Positions 49,944 through 61,500 of a DNA stretch of 64,000 nt are shown here, piece after piece. This DNA is from Gnetum montanum. Its lineage: Eukaryota; Plantae; Gnetophyta. A program made the translations under genes and the position numbers. A model generated the notes under the pieces. That model was not told the origin of the DNA, searched no databases, and saw nothing but the letters and a program-made list of their open reading frames with translations. Where the stretch lies: assembly GCA_015680685.1 (NCBI GenBank), contig MNCI01001248.1:493822-557821 (forward strand). Direction: 5' to 3'. Position 1 is the first letter of the stretch; each line of letters starts with the position of its first letter.

Positions 49944-52900
49944 ATGGAGTCCTCCAAGATCAACCTTACTTGTGCAATCCTCACACCTGAACAATATAAC
50001 TTCATTTGTGTGAAAATCCAAGCCAACTTGCCTATCGATTGCATGGAAAGAGAGGTAAAGCGAAACTATGAACTTATCCATAAAGGAGGTTATGAGTTTA
50101 CTCCCTTGGCATTGGACATAATCCCCCTTTCAAAACCCCATCATCAAATCATGTTTCAACTTCTCATGGCAAGGAGTCAAGCCTTATAGCCGCCTTTGAT
50201 AGAGCCTCAGAATGGAAATGAGGAAGATGACTTTGCCACCTAATCTAAGCATGGGGATTCGTACCATACCATCAGTCCTCATACCTATACAAATCCATTA
50301 TTCCAACCTTTCTTAGAGGGAACCATGCTTCCTCCTTCATCCGCATACATGTGAAGACTAGCTTCTCAATAAGAAATACTAGCTTCCACGTCCACCCATT
50401 ACATACCACAAGTACAAACCTATGGGGCACCTCTGACTACAATGCAACACGTTAAGGTGTAACCTGTGGCTAGGCAGTGGGTTTCACTAGCTATCTAGAA
50501 ATAGCAACCTACTCTCTATAATATACCACACCCTCTAATCCCATCTCTAAATGTTGCTCCACCACAAAAATTGATAATCCAACAGTATCCCTTACTACAA
50601 ACAATGCAACAATCGAATTACTACCAATCACAATCCATTCAACCCGCTAGTCTGCCTGCTGCCCAAGAGTGGGAAGACATGAAGAAAATGATGCACATGT
50701 TAACTGAAAAGGTAAAGCTCCTTAAAAAAACAAAAACTAAGGAAATCAAGGTGTTGGACTTCTATCAAGATGATCCAATCGACCCCTCAGTTCCACCATT
50801 AAGCTTTCCAATGGAGAGGGAGACCCAAACGACCACCTAGTAACATTTTGAACAAAATGTCTATTGCTTCAGGCTTGGCCTCATGCAATTCTGCATATAT
50901 TTTCTATGTCCTTAATGGGAAAAGCCTTAGACTGGTACCAAGCTTTACCCCATAACTCCATATCCTCTCTGGAGGATTTGCTACATCAGTTCGTTACCCA
51001 TTTTAAATATAATTTAAAACCTGAAGTCACACTGGATAGCTTGATTTAGATCAAACAAGCACCTTTACAGCTAGTGAAAAAATTCATCCAAAGGTGGAGT
51101 GCAGCCCTGAATGAACTCCATGAGCTCATACCTAAGACATACTTTCTCACCATTTTTAAAGCTGCTGTGAATGACTTCGTTAAGTCAAAACTCTATTATC
51201 TGAGCACTCATAATTTGAGCCAAGCATTTGCACAAATCAAAAACATAGAGGAGGAGGCAGAATCAAGTAATGACCCAGATTATGTGGCCTATAGAAGCCA
51301 ACATGCTCGCAAGAAAAACACAACAGTAGCAACAGTGGCCGCAAGCACAAAAGCAACCAACTAGGGCCCAACAACTAACCAACCCAAAGCCCTAGCTCAC
51401 AAAGATGCTAACTTTGGTGCCAACTCATCTACATCGGCAGGGGCCACTCCAAAGTCCAAATTTCAATGCAAGGATCGCTCAAAATACACACCACTACCGA
51501 TGTGACCCTCTCAACTATTTGAGAAACTCTTGAAATCTGGGCAAATCCAACACAAGCACATATCAGAGATTACCCACCAAAAACATGATAGGTACTGTGA
51601 ACTACTAAGGAACCCCACATTAGCAGTACCAAATGAGCCCTCAGTCCCACAAAATTTTAAACTAGATCAATACTGCCATTACTATCAAATGGCTGGTCAC
51701 AATACAGACCATTGTCATGCTTTGCAAGATAACCTATAGGAAATGATAGAGTAAGGCCAACTAGTTATCGACATGGTGAGTCAATCCAACACAAACGATG
51801 CCTCCTATGTCATAATCTCAATTAGCATAGGTGGAAAGCCCAAACCTGTGCAACAACCTTTCATGATTTGTGTGCCTCCCATCAAGGCAAGGATTCCCTT
51901 AGCCTCCATAAATAAGAGCCCTTCCTTTGTTATCAAGTTGTCACCCCAAGCACCCACAACATCCTTTGTGGTGAAGACTTGACAATGTTCATCCGCTAAG
52001 ATGTTAAATTGGCATGACTAAACCACTAAGACATTAAACTAGCGTGAATCATCTGCTAAGACATTAAACTAGCATGAATCATCCACTAAGAAATTAAACT
52101 GGCATGACTTGTTTGTGAAGATGGTAAATTGGCATGACGCAGCAACAAGAAATGCTAAGTAATCTTTCATCATCAAGGTGCCACAATGTGATGGCCCCTC
52201 ACCTACCTGATGCCCAATAGTAGGCAACATCTCAATCCATCCTCCTTCAAGGGATGACCCCACTAGCAACCCAGGTAGGTCCACCAAATGGCAATGAAAG
52301 AGAGCAAACGAGCACCTTGCAACCCCCATGGCCGAAGCAAAGGCCACAACTAGCAAAAAATAACTAAACAATGGGGCCCCCACCCCCAAGTAGGCAAAGC
52401 AAACCAAACCCAAGTCTCCTCTACAAGAGATCTATTTATCAAACCATATGGAGGAAGTCAAAGCCAACACAACGGCTAATGCAAGGACTTTGTAGCTGCA
52501 CTAACCCAAATAAAACAAACGCTCAAGCAAAAGAACACAATGTTCAGCTTTTATGACCTAGTCATGACCTCATCTACTCACTACCAAGCATTGGCCTAGG
52601 TCTTCACCTCCATTCCTATTACAGAGGACATCCTTGCAAATGAGGCATCCATCCATGCAATGATGCTACCCACTACACCACAAGAATTGGGTTGAACAAC
52701 CTTAACATTTCGCGATGATGTAGTCAAGGTCAACCCCAAACGAGGGGAGGTCACTATAGCTCCACTATCCATTAGCATTCATGTTAGACAGTGTACCATC
52801 CATAGGGTACATGTTGATGATGGTGCTACAACAAAGGTAGTTTTGTACTCCATCATTGATAAGCTAGGCTTGGCAGATAAAATCAAGCCAACCAAAATCA

Positions 52901-53397
52901 CATGTCTAAAATATTTTAGTAGATCGCGTGTCACAGTTAGGGGTACAATCAATTTAGCCTTTGCGATAGGAGAGAAATTTCCCACTAGTACAGATTTCAC
53001 TATCATAGAGGAGATTCCAAGTTTCAACATGATTCTAGGCAGGCCTTAGCTAGCCCAACTAAGGGCCATCTCCTCTCCCATCCACCAAGAAATCCACCTT
53101 CCATAAGAAGGTGGTCAAGTTATCATCCATGGTAATAACATTTCCTCTTGGACTATCCATGACATTGACATGGCATAAGTTTTAGAACAAGAATTTCTTG
53201 CTGGTACACCTATAACAACCAATGCAACGCCTAAGGCTAACACACTCGAATGAGTGGTTGAAGCCAACAGCCCCCTAGAGGATCCTAAACCTAGCATGCT
53301 CCCTAGTTCATGCCTAGTTAAGAAGCAACTACATGACCAAGACTTTCCCTTGGCCAAAAATGCAGATGCTTGCCTACCCTTTGCCATGAATTTTTGA
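49944..53397 (+). pseudogene. Element E gag-protease (decayed)
   Basis: ORFs 49944-50189, 50571-50840, 50864-51049 (GKALDWY), 51530-51739 (CHYYQMAGHNTDHC), 52843-53049; VHVDDGA protease motif at about 52807. Confidence 0.92.
51989..52138 (+). repeat. 5 x 30-bp in-frame tandem repeat inside gag of E, built on the stem-loop motif
   Basis: TCATCYGCTAAGAYRTTAAAYTRGCATGAM-like units, 10 codons each (about SSAKTLNWHE). Confidence 0.85.
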
Positions 53398-53761
53398 GTT
53401 TTGTTTACATTGCACTAGCCTATGAACTTACATTTTTCCCATTAACTTAGATCACACATTTTTCTTTGTTTACACATTCATCAACTTAGTTTACACATTG
53501 CATTTGAAAAACATCAAACATAAAACCATAAAACTATAAAAACACATGGCTCGAAAAGGCCTTAAACTAGATTATGGCCTGGAACGACCTAAAACTATCA
53601 CCTTTTGCATTGCTTTTCTTTCATTCATACACTTTAACTCTATTTAAAACAAGTGTTGCTGGATGTTGTTTTCTTTTTAGTTGATTTTTATAGGATCTCG
53701 TAGATACACAGCATGACCATGCACACAACATTACACTTTACACAAGCAAGGTAAGCACAGA

Positions 53762-54242
53762 TAGTCCGCTATGACTATAAACTAGCATAGAACAGTCCTA
53801 GCATTATGAGTTAAAACTGATATAAAAATGATACCACATAACATTCCTGGCATTATGACTTAAAACTGATACCACAAAACAGTCCTGGCATCATGACTTA
53901 AAACTGATACCATAGAACAATCCTGGAATCATGACTTAAAATTGATACTAAAGAAAATTCCTGGCATAATGACTTAAAACTGATACCACAAAATGTCCTG
54001 GAGTCATGACAATAAACCAACACCACAGAGCTTTGTTTAGTACGATGCTAAACTGCCACATATGTTTGCCATGACATGAAACTAGTATCTAGAGTCCACT
54101 AAGACTATAAACTGGTTTTCCTCTTTACAGTCCACCACAACTATAAACTAGCAATGCACCGTCTGCTATGATGCTAAACTGGCACCATCCAAAGGGTTAT
54201 GATGTGAAACTAACCCACAATAGTCCGCTAAGACTATAAACT
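53762..54242 (+). repeat. Stem-loop motif array (about 14 units) of element E, homologous to the post-integrase array of C
   Basis: TGGCATCA-TGACTTAAAAC-TGATACCA-like units at 37-38 bp spacing; GGGTTA-TGATGTGAAAC-TAACCC; GCTA-TGACTATAAAC-TAGC. Confidence 0.88.
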
Positions 54243-55337
54243 TGTGACATCATCAATGACCAGGAAAAACATGAAAAGATGTGTTGCTGCAATTGGCTGT
54301 ACATGTTCCACAAAGACTTGCTACATGATTTGTCTCATGGACCTAATGAAGTAGGATGACATGCCTGAGGCATTCATGCATGGATGCACTTCATCTTGAT
54401 GACAAGGTATCATATTCTTCCTGATGCATGCAACTGGGTTAATCAATCCATTCATAAGTACATTCTTAACTCTTGATACATTCCCTATTCCACATCATGT
54501 CCCTTTATCCTATTCGATTACATCCCCTAGATACATTGTCTCCTACTCGCCTCAAAACCCTTGATACACATTGCACACTATAACTCTTTAAGCAGTTGCA
54601 ATGCAAAACACAATGTATGACGCATGACACATAATGCAAGTGCTCAAAAAAAAGCATAGCACTAAAAGCAAGCTCTTTCAAAAAGACCAAAGAAAAAAAG
54701 AAAATTAAAAGGAAAAGAAAGAAAAAATAAAGCAAAAACAAAATAAAAGAAGAAACAAACAAGAAAACACAAAAAGAAAAGAATAAAATGTTCAAAGAGA
54801 AAAATGCATGAAAAGGGTCTTCATGACCCCATTAATATCATAAACAAAAGACTATTGGTCATTCTCATACAAGCCCTAGGTGAGAAGGTAATTGTCTTGA
54901 AAAACGGTTATGCTCATGTTTCAAAGAGATCACGTTGCACATCATCGTGTGCCTTTGGATATTTACAATGGGCCCCGTAAACACTTTATAAGAGTCTTGT
55001 TTCTCCAAAGAACAAAATTTCTATGTCTTGGTCCCAAGTCTATTAAAATCCAACTATTAACAAGGATCAAAGATATAGCTCATTCACTTGAGAGCATTTC
55101 TCTCCCACAATCTCAGTAGCAATCATAACCCTTGATTGAGTCATGACTTCCCCCAGTTACAATCCCTTGCATCTTGAACAACATTCCCTTGATCCCATGT
55201 ACTTTTGAAAATATTGTGATGACATCTAGCCAAGGGTCAATAGATAATTCTTGGTATTGGATTGTTCATAGTGTTTTGCACTTCTTTGTCAACGCCTCTC
55301 GGGTGGATTCCTCCAAACTTCAACAAAGAGGGGCCAA

Positions 55338-57140
55338 TGAAACACCACTAATTTCAGCCTAACACTTTGAAATAAGAACAACTCACACTTGAGCTTTTTG
55401 AGGAAAAACTTTGATCTTGTCCTAGGCACACATGCTGGCTTGTCCTGGAACTCACACTGGATTGCAAATTTTCTCACTCACACTGCAGGTCATGCTGCAG
55501 GTCACACTGTGGCATGAGTCTAGTGTGATCAACTTTTAGAGCCTCAAACCTGAGTCAAAATGACTTGATTTCAAGGGTGCAATTCATCCTCAAGGTCCAC
55601 TATTGATAATTATTGGTCCCAACCTTCAAATATTCTAGATTTTAGCTCAAAATTACAAGTTTTTGAGGTCACACTGTAGGTCACATTGTGGCGTGAGTCC
55701 AGCATGACCAACTTTCATAGCCTCAAAACTGAGTCAAAATGACTTGATTTCAAGGGTGCAAGTTATCGTTAGGGTCCACTATTAACAACTATGGGTCCCA
55801 ACCTTCACAAATTCTAGATTTTAGCTCAAAATTGCAAGTTTTGAGGTCATGCTACAGGCAATGCTGTGGCATGAGTCCAGCGTGACCAACTTTCAAAGCC
55901 TCAAAACTGAGTCAAATTGCTTGATTTCAAGGGTGCAAGTCATCCTCAAGGTCCACTATTGAAAACTATGGGTCCAAGCCTTTAGAAATTCTAGATTTTA
56001 ACTCAAGATTGCAAGTTTTTGAGGTCAGACTGTGGCATGAGTCCAGTGTGACCAATCCAAAATAGCTCCAAATCAGACACATTCAGTTCAAATTCCAGAT
56101 TTCATATCACTCTCACGGTTAGACACATTTAGGGCAACATTTTCATTCAAGGAATAGGCTTTAGAAATCAAAATTTTGTGTCAAATGTCTCATTTTACTT
56201 CACTCAGGCTGAGGTCACACTGAGGACACACCTAATGTAAATGCTCAGCATGAATGCCCAGCATGAGTGCAAGTAGACAAGCCTCAAATAGCCATGGAAC
56301 CACCTAAATTAACATCCTACAGTGGTCAAACCAAATATCTAGAAGTTTCAAGTGAGCTAGGGTCAATTTCCCTTGTAGTACATTCTAAATCTTCATTTGT
56401 GGGCTTATCAGGCCCTTGCGGTCCAAATTGTATGTGTTTCCATGTGCTTGAGTAAGACACAGATTGTAAGATATGATGAACCTAGTCAAGAATGTAGGTT
56501 GCCCACACACATCCAACTCACATAGAGCTATCCATCGGACATGTGTCACGAGATCCATTTTCCTCTCATCTCCCAATCATTGATACCCTCTCAATTCACA
56601 TAAATGGGGTTGGTAATTTTTGAGTTAAATAACTTAGGAAACTTAGACCAGTGATCCTTGGGAGCTTGTCACACTCTGACTGATAGCATCCAAGAACTTC
56701 ACTTCTGAAACACATCATATCACATCGCCCCAGGGCTTGGCACTTGACCTACCATCTACACGTGTAGTTACACTTTGACCGGTGGACATCTTTTCTATGC
56801 AATAAAATACAGCTCATTTTGCCAACCATTATATTACTTACTCTATTTTACATTTAGTTCACATTTTTCTTACATTTTGATTATGATACCAATTTAAGTT
56901 TACATTTTATACGTGTTGTTTTTCATTTTAAAATATTAGTTACAATAACCCCAGCGTAAGCCATAGTTTATGCTTTGGGAATTCCTTGGTTGATTTGTGT
57001 GCAAACCATCCAAGGTACTCTGACTTCATTTACATTTCCAACTTACCCTTGAGGTGAAGGTAGGGTCAATTGTGTCTGCTTGACAATCTTTCGGTGTTTT
57101 TTTTTCTTCCAGCCTTACACTGATGATTTAGGTCAGTACA
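55338..57140 (+). repeat. Element E 3' LTR (1803 bp; three internal units; TATA segment deleted)
   Basis: Follows the PPT; direct repeat of the 5' LTR. Confidence 0.95.
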
Positions 57141-58531
57141 ATAGGGACAAAGTGCACAAAGGCCCCATTTTACGAAATGACTCCAAAAAGAAGATTGCAC
57201 TTGGCAATGCTTTGGCCTCCAAAACTGGTTGTCCCACAGAGCCCTCATGCCTCGAGCAAAGTTTCTTGCTAGAAAATGGCAGATTAAACAAGGAAGCATG
57301 ATACACTAGCTGCTACACTGTGCTATGCTACATAGCATAGCACAGCGTAACAACAATGCAAAAAATAACAAAAGTATTCCAAACATGAATTTAGCAAGTT
57401 CAAAGGTTTTCCAACATGAAGGAAAAAAGTTGTAGTTGTTTGCCTGACCAAGCCCCACATCAATGCTTTCGGCTCCTATGCAAGTTTTCTATCAAGCCTA
57501 GTTGCTATGCTATGCTACACTACATAGTGTAGCACAGCGTAGTGTGTAGTTACTTACGCTACACCAATGTGTTACACAGCATGGGTAGTGCAACACTAGC
57601 ATTGAGGCATCAAGACATCTTCAGTTAGCTTTATAACCTACTGGCAATGATTATTCTCATCATGACATCTCTTTGGTGGACAAAATCAGCAAGTTTGGTT
57701 CATTTTACATACCCTTAGTCAATCCCCAAAAAATTGTTCCTATGCTTGACCCTACTTGCAAGAGTAGGGAATATGTAGTTCTGGAGCATAGGCTCCATTT
57801 TTCTTGCATTGATGGCACACTAGATTTTGGCACATGATTTTAGTAGTATGGTCATAGCATAACAAAGCTCATCTCTAGCATCTCACACCTACATAGTACA
57901 ACCATGTTTGCACCTTGTGGGGCCCAAGACACATGGCATGCATTTTCCTCTTGCTCCTAGCCCTATAAATACCCTGGCAAACAATGCTCTAAGGGTTGGC
58001 AAAAAGCTGGTCGCTAGGTTGACTATTGGCTTTTAGCATTGATGGGTTTTTAAGTTGGCTTTTAGAGAGCATAGTTGGCAATTTTGTAGCACTCTAGTTG
58101 GCTTTGAGTTTGCTGGTTGGCTCCATGGTTCAAAGATCTACGAGCATATTGCTCTGTGTAAGCTATGCCTCTTCCATGTTGCATGTTCTATTGTACACCT
58201 TTCAGCAAAGAAAATAATCAAACCCGCAACCTTGGTGCAGTGCACTTTCTCACCCAAGTTTATTTTGTTATTTTCTTACTATCATCATTGTTTTGCATCA
58301 TTTTCACCTCTTTACATTTTTCGATCATCGATTTACTTTGTGTGTCTCACTTCCAAAACAAATATTTATGAAAGGTTAAGATACACTGATTAAGTCCCTG
58401 TCTGATCAACCAGACCATTCAAGGCACCCCACTTCCGTTTCTCTCCAACACATCCCTCACACGGATCCATGGTAAAATTTTTGCCCAGTAACCTCTCGGT
58501 GTTCTAGCCACCGACATTTTCAATCCCTACA

Positions 58532-61500
58532 ATAATAAGGTGTAAAACACAAATGTATAAAAAAAAGATGAAAATTAAGGAGCTACTTATATAGTTAGCA
58601 TGGATGGCCATCTTTCCCATGACTAAGTTGAAAGGAGAAGATCTGAAAGATTGAGTGTGGTTGTTCATCCACTGAGGCATTTGTTGTACTAGCTCACTTC
58701 AACTTGTGGAAAATTTTAACTTGTTGTATGTTGACCAACTATTTCTTGTCTAGGCTCTCAGGCTTCTAGATCAACATGGACCTAAAAGGTACATTTTTGT
58801 AAATGATATAAGGTCCTTTCCATAATGTATAGAACATAGTTCAGTGAGATACATGTGCATGGTTCTAGTAAGGGACCTTATCTCCTAGTTGAATTTTGGC
58901 TTTTCTAATTCTAAGGTCATGGTGCTTTTTGCTAAATGTCTTGTGCAACTCATTAGATGACAAGACCACCAATCAATTCTCATCTAGTAGGTTAAGATTC
59001 ATTAATCTTTCTCTTTGTGCTAGACTTTAGTCAAGGTCAAGGTCACAAGTTGTTGAAAGTGTATGGAGCTCAAATTGAATAGGAAGTGTTGGTAATTTTC
59101 CATACACCAACTCATAGGAAGAATAGTTTATAGGAAGTTTCCATGTTGAGTGGTAAGTCTAGAGGGAATCGTTGAGTCTTGTGCTCTAGTCTCTCCTATA
59201 TTTGCTAACTATTTTAATTAAGATATTTGTGATTTCCCTATCTGTAACCTCAACTTGATCATCGGCTTTGGGGTGGTAGGATGTTATTAGTTTATGTTCA
59301 ACCCCCAGCCATTGCATAAGCTTTCAAAAGGTAGTGCTTGTAAAGTGAGTCCCATTGTTAGAAATTATTGCATGTGGTACACCAAACTTATTTACAACAT
59401 TCTATTGTATAAATTGAGTAGCAGAAAAATATGTACAGTCAATGAAGGCTACTTCTTCTACCCATTTCAGACAAGAGTTAATAGCGACTATGATGTACAC
59501 TTTTCCATTTGACTTGGGCATGATGGAACTGATGAAATCAGTGCCCCAAATGTTGAAAGGTTTCAATGGTTGGATCCACTATTTAGGTCCCTCCATTTAA
59601 GTAGTCATTCCACCATCTTGTTGGCAACATTAACAAGAGTGGATAAATTGATGAGCATCTATAAAAATTATTTGCCAATAATACCTTGCCATCATAATTT
59701 TAATGGTCATGCATCTCCCAGCATAGTGGCCTCACAAAATCCCTCATGTGCATCCTAGAGAATTCATAGTTGATTAGCATTAGGGACACACCAACAAACT
59801 AGGCCATTGGCACACACCTTATAGAAATGTCCATTGTCATCCATGAAGCATTTCACCTGGTGAAAAAAATATTGTTTCTTTTGATGGTTCAATGCTTGTG
59901 GCATTTCTTAAGTGATAAGATAGGTGATAATTCCATAATACCATTTAGGCTTAGTGAACAATTGTTCAACTATAGCCTCATCAAAGAGGAGTTCATCAAG
60001 AAATAGATTAGATAGTAGACTTTCCTCCTCTTTGTTGTCCCATTACAACTAAGACAAATGATCAGCAATCACATTCTCAATTCCCTTTTGATCTACCATA
60101 ATAAGATTGAATTCCTATAAGAACACCAACCACTGTATGATACAAGGGCTCACCATGGGCTTGTTCATGAGAAAGAAAATGGCATTGTGCTCAATGTGCA
60201 CAAACACTATGTATCTAATTTCATAGTGCTTGAACTTTTCTAGAGCAAGCACCAATATCATGAATTTCTTTTCTATGGTGGTGTAGTTCAATTGTGAAGC
60301 CACAATGCTTCAACTTGTGTAGTAGATGTAATATTAATGTTTCTTATTATCCAAATACATAAGCACAACTCCCAAAGCATAATTTGATGCATCCATCATA
60401 GCATGAAACGGCCTAGACCAATTGGGTGCCTATAGAAATAGAGTTTCTACAAGTTTCTCCTTCAATTATTAAAATTATTTTTCACATTTCTTGGTCAAAA
60501 AAAATGGATCATCTTTCAATGTTAGCTTAACCAATGGTTTTTTGATCTCAAATAAATTCTCTATGAATTGCCAATAGTATCCAGTGTGTCCAAGAAATGA
60601 CCAAACATCTTTGATGGTTTTTGGTTATGAGTGATTCCTTGGATGGCCCTTATCTTTTTGGGGTCAACCTCAATTCTTGATTATGAGCTTTTGTGCCCCA
60701 ATATAATTTCCTTCTAAACCATCAAATGACTCTTTTCCAATTGAGCCACAAGTTTGTTTTCACACATCTTTTTAGTACTTACTCGAGGTGGTCCAAGGCT
60801 TGCTCAAATGTAGCATCATAAGTGGAGAAGTTATTCATAAATACTTCCACTTTGCTACTAATTTTCTATTGAAAGAAGCTTAAGACCAAAAGTTTGTAAG
60901 TAGCAAGAGGATTTTATAGACCAGAAGGCATCTTGTGATATCCAAAGATCCCCTAGGGACTCATCAATGTTGTTTTGGCCTAGTCCTGTGGCATCATCTA
61001 GATTTGGTTATAGCCACTATAACCATCCAAAAACTATAATAGAAATTCCTAGATATGGTGTCCAACACCTGATCAAAGAATAGCAATAGAAAATTATCCT
61101 TGAATGTTGCCATATTCAATAGCCAAAAATCGATACAAACCCACCACTTCCCATGTTTCTTTGGCATAATCACAAGTGGAATAACCCACTCACTATTTGC
61201 AATGAGATAGATAAATGTCACATTGAGGATTTATTCAATTTTCTCTTTGATGATTTGCTTCAATTTGGGGTTCAATCACCTCTATGGCTACCTCTTTGGC
61301 TTCATGACTAGGTCAGTGTACATACAATGCTAGCATATCCTAGGATCAATCCTTGTGAGTTCATGATATGACCAAGCAAAGGTTGTTGGCTATTTCTCAA
61401 CCACATTCAATAGCATTTGCTTTTATTTTAGATCAATATTTGCATTGATTATTACTAACTTTCCATTTTTTAAGAAGGCATATTCCATGTGGGCAAGTAT

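Larger units (their letters stand above)
47995..57140 (+). mobile_element. Element E: complete non-autonomous LTR element (LTR-PBS-gag-PR-3'UTR-PPT-LTR) lacking RT/RH/INT and the antisense gene; TSD ATAGG
   Basis: LTRs 47995-49648 and 55338-57140 (TG..CA); ATAGG at 47990-47994 and 57141-57145; PBS 49655-49672; PPT AAAGAGGGG 55325-55333. Confidence 0.95.
43601..58531 (+). mobile_element. Element F: Tat-type retrotransposon 3' part (pre-RT region, RT-RH-aRH-truncated INT, PPT, 3' LTR 47599-47994 + 57146-58531 split by E); inserted downstream of the integrase of G
   Basis: PPT AAAGAGGGG 47586-47594, then TGAAACACC at 47599; the LTR resumes after E and ends ..CCGACATTTTCAATCCCTACA at 58531, like the A/D LTR ends. 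Confidence 0.85.

Noticed and set aside
53762-54242. CRISPR-like array (37-38 bp periodicity, ..TAAAAC motif)
   Set aside because: Units are decayed tandem copies without unique spacers, there are no cas genes, and the context is a eukaryotic retrotransposon 3'UTR
58532-58690. Chromodomain after the integrase of G
   Set aside because: The frame ends shortly after the GPY motif with no chromodomain-like residues
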